64,000 bases of DNA from Gammaproteobacteria bacterium (GTDB taxonomy: Bacteria; Pseudomonadota; Gammaproteobacteria; JBCCGL01). The stretch's first letter is position 1; each line of letters starts with the position of its first letter. The stretch covers positions 3,744,001 to 3,808,000 of the forward strand of contig OZ255836.1 in NCBI GenBank assembly GCA_965277715.1, in the 5' to 3' direction. The notes under the pieces were generated by a model, which had not been told where the DNA came from, ran no database searches, and was given only the letters and a program-made list of their open reading frames with translations. Below are positions 58,358 through 64,000 of the stretch, in pieces. Position numbers and translations under genes: made by a program.

Positions 58358-61243
58358 CAATGGCACTAAGTTAAGCCGCTTTAGCTTGCCAATATTCAGT
58401 TTTTAAAACGTTCCGTGGTCGAGTCATTAATGCCTGTGGTTTAGGTCGCCTTTTTACCACTCTTGGTTCAAATCTAAAAGGTCGATGAAGCACACGATCA
58501 TCCGCAATCGCTGCATATAAATAATCAAGATATTGCCGTCTTTTTTGTGCTGGACTCTGCCCACTACCAAGTGATGAAGTGCTTTGTCGGAGTGTTTGCA
58601 AAACACCTTTAAGACTTAGCCGATCAACCGGTGTGTCATGTCGGCATGAAGCGACACACATGATGTGCCTGATCGTGTTGTAAACAATCATGTGCATGAT
58701 GATTTCCTTACGAACCATATCAGGTGTTTTACAGCGTAATATATCCATACCCATGGTGGTTTTAATATTGCGAAAATACAGTTCCACATTCCAGCGCTGT
58801 GCATAGAGGTCGATAATTTCTATAGCGGGATATTGCTGAGCATCAAGTAGTGTCGTGATGATATAAAAATGGTTCGTCCTAAATCCTTTTCGTACAATAC
58901 TGACGTGTATTTGTCGTAAAGTTAAGGTCTTTGGAAGGTCGCTATGCTGCTCTTTTGTGTAACGGGTCGCTTTTGTGTGTTTAGGTTTTTGCCATTCGAT
59001 ATGAAGGTCATTATCGGCTATCTTCTTTTTGGCCTGGGAGGCAGTGCTGGGCGTTCTCCGCGCCAATGTAACGACACTGTCAACCGTTCGTCGAGAGAGG
59101 CAGTCAATATCGTAGAAGCTGCAAAAACCTTTATCACCTAAGAAAATGTCACCTTCATTGAAGGTATCCCATTGTTCTTCTAAAAGTCTTAGCTCATGAC
59201 TTTTTTTATTTCCTAGTGCATAGCTCAGAATTAAACCGCTATAAAGATTAAAACAAGCTAAAAGCCGTGCTTGAGGAAATCCGCATCCCTGTTTTTGTGA
59301 TTTCGGTTGTGGGTAAGTTTGTTGATTCGCGGGCGTATCGGGCATGGATAGGCCTGTCCCATCGGCAACGATAACCGGTCGACCTTGGAGCGCTTTGGGT
59401 TGAGGTGGCGATAATCGACACGTCCCTGAAAATACGTTTTTAAGATCGTCCATGGGTAGTTTTTTAGGTTCTTCCCCGATTATTGTGAAGCCACTGGTTC
59501 CCTATCCAGCTTTCCGCAGTAAAACAAAATACTCCGCCGGTAACTTTCAAACGAACGAAACCCTCTTGCATTCGATTTGACTGTCTGAATTTTTGAATTC
59601 AAACCCTCTGATACGGCATTACTTATTGTGTGCTTAAACCATGTCAATATGTTCGGCATGTGCGTTTTTATCATCTTGGCCACTTTCTTTATGCTGTCCA
59701 ATCGGCACCGAATTGCCCACGCATACCATGCGCTAAAGAAACGCTTTGCCCAACCCGCTGTCTTATACGTCCAAAAATCACGAAACAGTTCTTTTATCGC
59801 CCAGGCTCGGGCTGTCAATAACTGATCATGCTTGAGTGACTCAAAGTGCTCGGCTGCTTTGTTAGACAAATTTTCTTCATTTTTTAACCAGTGATAACGA
59901 CTCTTTTTCAATCGAGTATCACCCTGTGACAAAAGGTCTCTATGTTCGTCACGACGGACCTGATCCACCGCCTTATTCAGGTGTTGGCTAATAGGAAAAC
60001 GGTCGTGAACAATCGCACTGTCTGACAGTTTTACCTCAACGGCATTAATGAACGCAGGCCACCTATCAATAGCGACAGCTTTCACCTGTTCTCGCTGGTT
60101 ATCCGTCAGCGCAACCTCCAACGCCTCCTCACAAGCTGCCTGGGTGCGATCTTTCACTCCATCCAATACTCGCCCTCCATCGATATCATTGATGAGCGTC
60201 ACATAGTCATGCCCTTTACGGTGGGACTTCTCATCAATACCCAGGTACTCAATTGTCACCAATTCCCGACGCGAAAGTCCCCGTTCGACAGCGCGGGCTT
60301 TGATGGCTTCCACTGCGTTCCAGCTAAGTCCCAGTAACTTACGCGCCTCTTCGACGCTACGTGAGGCTTGCAACACCCTGATGGAAAATAATTCAAACAA
60401 CAACGTAAAACGACTGCGCTTGCTTGCCCAGGGTAACATCATACTTTTAACACCATGCTCCAGACAATTTACTCGGGGAATGCGACTGTGTAGGCGCGTT
60501 TCAAACTGCATAATATCCAGGTGTCTCCAGGATCGCTCTTGTGAACGGTGATCATAGAACGGACTCACTTCGCCACAGTGCGAGCAAGGGCCGTGGTTGC
60601 CGCTAAACGCCAACGAAATGGATACTTTTAACCCTGAAGGGTCTAAATCAACTGATGTCACTGACCAGTCATCTGTCAGGCATAGGAGCTGGCTGTAGTG
60701 TTCTTCAAGGCTCGATAGCACCGGAGTCTCTCAATAGCAAAGGAGGATGAAATACTATAACCTCACACAAACCGGGGAAGAACCGTTTTTTACGTGCTTG
60801 GCAATAGGCGGAGGTGGATGATGAAGGTATGGGAATGCCTTGGTTGTGGGCGACATTTTGCAGTTGTCTAACGACTTCTTTACAGCCACCATCGGCGTTC
60901 ATTATTTGTGAAAAAAACAACCAGAAAGTATTTTCTTTACTGAAAATACGTCGACGACTATTCACACCAAAATCATTCGGTTTAAGAATATTCGTGGGTA
61001 TAATATCGCCAAGAAAAACAGGTAGTTCACTCAGTGATTTGTGACGTATTTTTGCTATCTTATCGTGCAAGATTTGAATGGCTGAACGGGGTGTTTTGCG
61101 GAGTGTTTGGATGTTGAATCCGGGTAGAAATAAGGTTGTATTTTTCATACAAAATTATAACATTTCAGCCTTTTTTATTGGGTTTATTACAGTTATTTTT
61201 TCGTTTATTTTACCCGCTAAAACCGCTTAACTTAGTGCCATTG
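58358..61243 (-). mobile_element. IS4-family element interrupted by ISL3
   Basis: 19-bp TIRs caatggcactaagttaagc; transposase halves 61148-60785 and 59458-58371 rejoin in frame (CQARKK-LPMDDL); YAQRWNVE motif. Confidence 0.92.
59467..60784 (-). mobile_element. ISL3-family element with full-length transposase ORF (59480-60721)
   Basis: TIRs ggttcttccccg; 8-bp target duplication GTTTTTTA; CSHC zinc finger, LGIDE, SEGLNSKI..ARGFR. Confidence 0.95.
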
Positions 61244-61271
61244 GTCTATCACCCTTTTTGTCATAAAAAGA

Positions 61272-61329
61272 GGTTCCTCCCCGGTTTGTGTGAGGTTATA
61301 GTATTTCATCCCCCCTTTGCTATTGAGAG
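61272..61329 (+). mobile_element. Orphan ISL3 left end (about 58 bp)
   Basis: Near-identical inverted copy of 60727-60784. Confidence 0.85.
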
Positions 61330-62870
61330 CATGGGTGTACCACTAGAATCCTACCAGGAAGCTAATAACGCAATGAATAACACCTGAAAAGAGCCGCCAT
61401 AAGCTACAAATAGTATTTTTTATAAAATTTGTACTGTTTTTTTTATAAACCGATAACACGCTTTATAATTCATAAAATAAATAAAATTATCCAAAAAAAC
61501 ACTTGCATTCACCAGCAGAATTTTTTTTAAAATACCCATTTAATATCTGATTAAATGGGCAAATTGAATATGAACGAAATGATGACCGTTGAAGAATATA
61601 TCACCGAACACTGTAAAATAAGTATGGAAAAAGCAATTGCTGCTGAACGCTTCCCTTTATGGAAAAGATCATGCGATTCCATTGATGACGTAGCTTTTTC
61701 TCGACATGGGTTACTTCACTGTATAAGTCTTGTACATAGTGGTCGTCACTATCTACAGGTTACGGATGAAATATACGACGAGACAATTTGTCATTCAAGC
61801 TATTTTAACGCATTGAAGTCGACAAGACGGATGAAGATGATGCAAGCCATGGAAAAGCAAAGCTATCAACTGCAAAGTGAGAAATTATCTTCTTTGGACA
61901 TTGATTATTTAAAACAATTTCCTGAACTTGAAGAATATCGAGTAGAAGCAGCTGATGGTCATTTTATACAGCATGCTTGTCACACAGAGAAAAATCGTCA
62001 GGGCAACGTCTTCGCAGCAGGCTTTATTCATGCCTTGAACCTCAGAAATGGACTTCTAAGACCACTTTGTGTCGTGACTAACGGTACTGAACGGCACCAG
62101 GAAATACCCGCGTTACGTTCTTATATTGAACAACGTTGTGGCGAAAAAGAGACTTGGCAAAAGCATCTCTATATATACGATAAGGCGGTGACTGATTATG
62201 CATGGTGGGAAAAGCAAAAACAGCATCAGAATTTTATGATTTCAGTACTCAAAGAAAATGCGGTTGCAACTTTTGTCAACTCTATACCCTATGACCAGGG
62301 TAGTGAAATTAATACAGGGGTTGAAGGCTATAGTGTATATAAAAATAAAAAGGTCCAATTTCATATTGTTAAATACCGCGACCCAGAAACAGGTCAATTA
62401 CATCAATTTATTTCAACGCTACCAGAGTCAATTAACCCAGGCACTATTGCTATGCTCTATTACAAGCGTTGGACGATAGAAAAATCATTCAACAATAGCA
62501 AAAGTGATTTCACCGAAAGAAAAGCCTGGTCTTCAAACCTGAATGCGCTGAACAGTCAAATGCGTTTTACTGCCATGGCCTATAATATCATGCGTATTTT
62601 TGAAGAAATATCAAAAACAAAGAACCTGGAATGTATTCATCCATCTGATAAAAAATACACTAAAATGCTTGATAAGAGACAACAAATTGCCCAGAAAAAA
62701 GGCAGCTTTGTTAATCCATTGTTTTTTTACGCTAGAATTACCCGTATATGCTCATTCACCATCCGCTCTCTGCAAAATGCAATAATGACAAGAAAGTCCC
62801 TTAGAACTATTATGCATAGCTTAGTGAGGCATTTAAAACCTCGACAGCCAGGAATTTTGAAACACTGATG
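61330..62870 (+). mobile_element. IS4-superfamily element with intact DDE transposase (61555-62868)
   Basis: AADGHF, IYDKA, YYKRWTIEKSFNNSK (Y-2-R-3-E-6-K); imperfect CAT...ATG ends; AT-rich. Confidence 0.82.
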
Positions 62871-62886
62871 TAACTTAGTGCCATTG
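62871..62886. mobile_element. Orphan 16-bp IS4 terminal repeat
   Basis: taacttagtgccattg, identical to 61228-61243. Confidence 0.85.
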
Positions 62887-63216
62887 GGTGATAGCCACAC
62901 CGTTAGTATTAACTAGGTTGGCGGTAATCGTTGTACTGGCCCCAGCTGCCAAACTGGTTTGGGTTGCTGCCAGCGCGCCTGCAGTAAAGTCGGCACCTGA
63001 GCCATTACCGATTCGTAATGTGGTTGTCCCTGAGGTAGGTGTCCCTGCTACTAGGGTAGTTGATCCTGTGTTGTTATCACTGAATCCACCCGTGCCACCG
63101 CCGCCACCACAAGCAGTTAGGCATAACATCAAAAAAAACAGTGCGGTGTAACGCAAAGCAGCAGTGGTATCGGTCAATACGGTCTTCAGATTGACCTTGA
63201 TTGGGTAGGTTATCAT
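62887..63216 (-). pseudogene. Ig-like (invasin/Big-1 type) lipoprotein truncated by the IS end
   Basis: Lipobox LTAC-GGGGG, Thr/Gly-rich, TSLAAGASTTITANLVN; runs into the IS4 TIR. Confidence 0.75.
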
Positions 63217-63340
63217 AGATTTATATGCCTCTATAGCGAGCGCGTTCCTGAGTTTCCGTGCAGTGTGCCAGTTTTAATAATTAAAATGAAGTACTATTTA
63301 TAGTCTATTGGTATTTATAGGTTTTTTTATATTTTTTCTA

Positions 63341-63963
63341 GGGCCTGTTGACGTTTCACATGGGTAACCAAAGAAAGGAGCATGCCAAGGCGAGCATGCT
63401 CCGATAGTTCCGCTTCAACTTATCATATCGGGTGGCAATCGCTCGAAAATGCTTCAATCGAGCAAACACATTTTTCAACCAGGCGTCGGTATTTGTATAA
63501 ACACCAGTCGATATCCTCATCGCCTATTTTTGAGTTGCTTCGCCGTGGAATAACCGGAACTGACTTTTTCTGTCTAATCTGATGGCGTAACGCTTCGCTG
63601 TCATACCCTTTGTCAGCCACCACATACTCGCTTTTTGGCAAGGCATCAATCACTTCAGGAGCTGCTGTGGAGTCATTAACCTGCCCAGCAGTGATGTCAA
63701 ATAATACGGGCAACCCAAACCCATCTACAATCATGTGTATTTTCGTTGTTTTCCCGCCTCGTTGCCAATGGCTTGATTTTCACGCCCTCTAGCCCTGCGC
63801 TATGTTGGTGTGCCTTCACAATACTTCCATCAATAAATGCCCATTCTTGATCGGGTTCTTCGACAAGCGCATGGAAAATGTTCATTTTTATTGTTTTTCG
63901 TACATCCAATGATACGAATTTGCCTTTTGTTTCAAAAGCTTATAGCCAAACGTCAACAGGCCC
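63341..63963 (-). mobile_element. Degenerate IS5-family element (623 bp)
   Basis: 16-bp TIRs gggcctgttgacgttt, TA duplication; frameshifted IDGSIVKAHQHSAG, VADKGYDS, YKYRRLVE. Confidence 0.9.
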
Positions 63964-64000
63964 TAGCCATAGAGGGGTCTATTTTTTGGCTAATAAGCTT

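Overview
A 64-kb chromosomal segment of a probably marine gammaproteobacterium (about 50% GC). The housekeeping backbone includes pabB-pabC, pdxJ, trkAH, dppABCDF, murJ-ribF, a GldAFG-like ABC system and glnA-ntrBC with a sigma54 promoter and NtrC boxes. Two accessory zones interrupt it. (1) About 27.4-36.9 kb is a mosaic of decayed mobile-element fragments: ISAs1, group II intron RT, a probable IS110 left end, primase, IS3, IS630 and RAYT. The only intact modules there are a DUF3800 RNase H-like gene with a convergent two-hairpin small RNA that has its own promoter, a DUF4258/YgiT toxin-antitoxin pair, a Tat-exported CTQ oxidase operon (goxAB-like) and a delta-class carbonic anhydrase. (2) About 57.9-64 kb is a stack of nested IS elements. 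The best leads for an undescribed system are the DUF3800 protein-RNA module and a cobalamin riboswitch controlling two coupled genes of unknown function, one carrying a QLDLF sliding-clamp-type motif. Next come an orphan IS110-like non-coding end (candidate bridge RNA) and a STAND-TPR protein with degenerate Walker motifs. All family calls are from motif recognition by eye; no searches were run.
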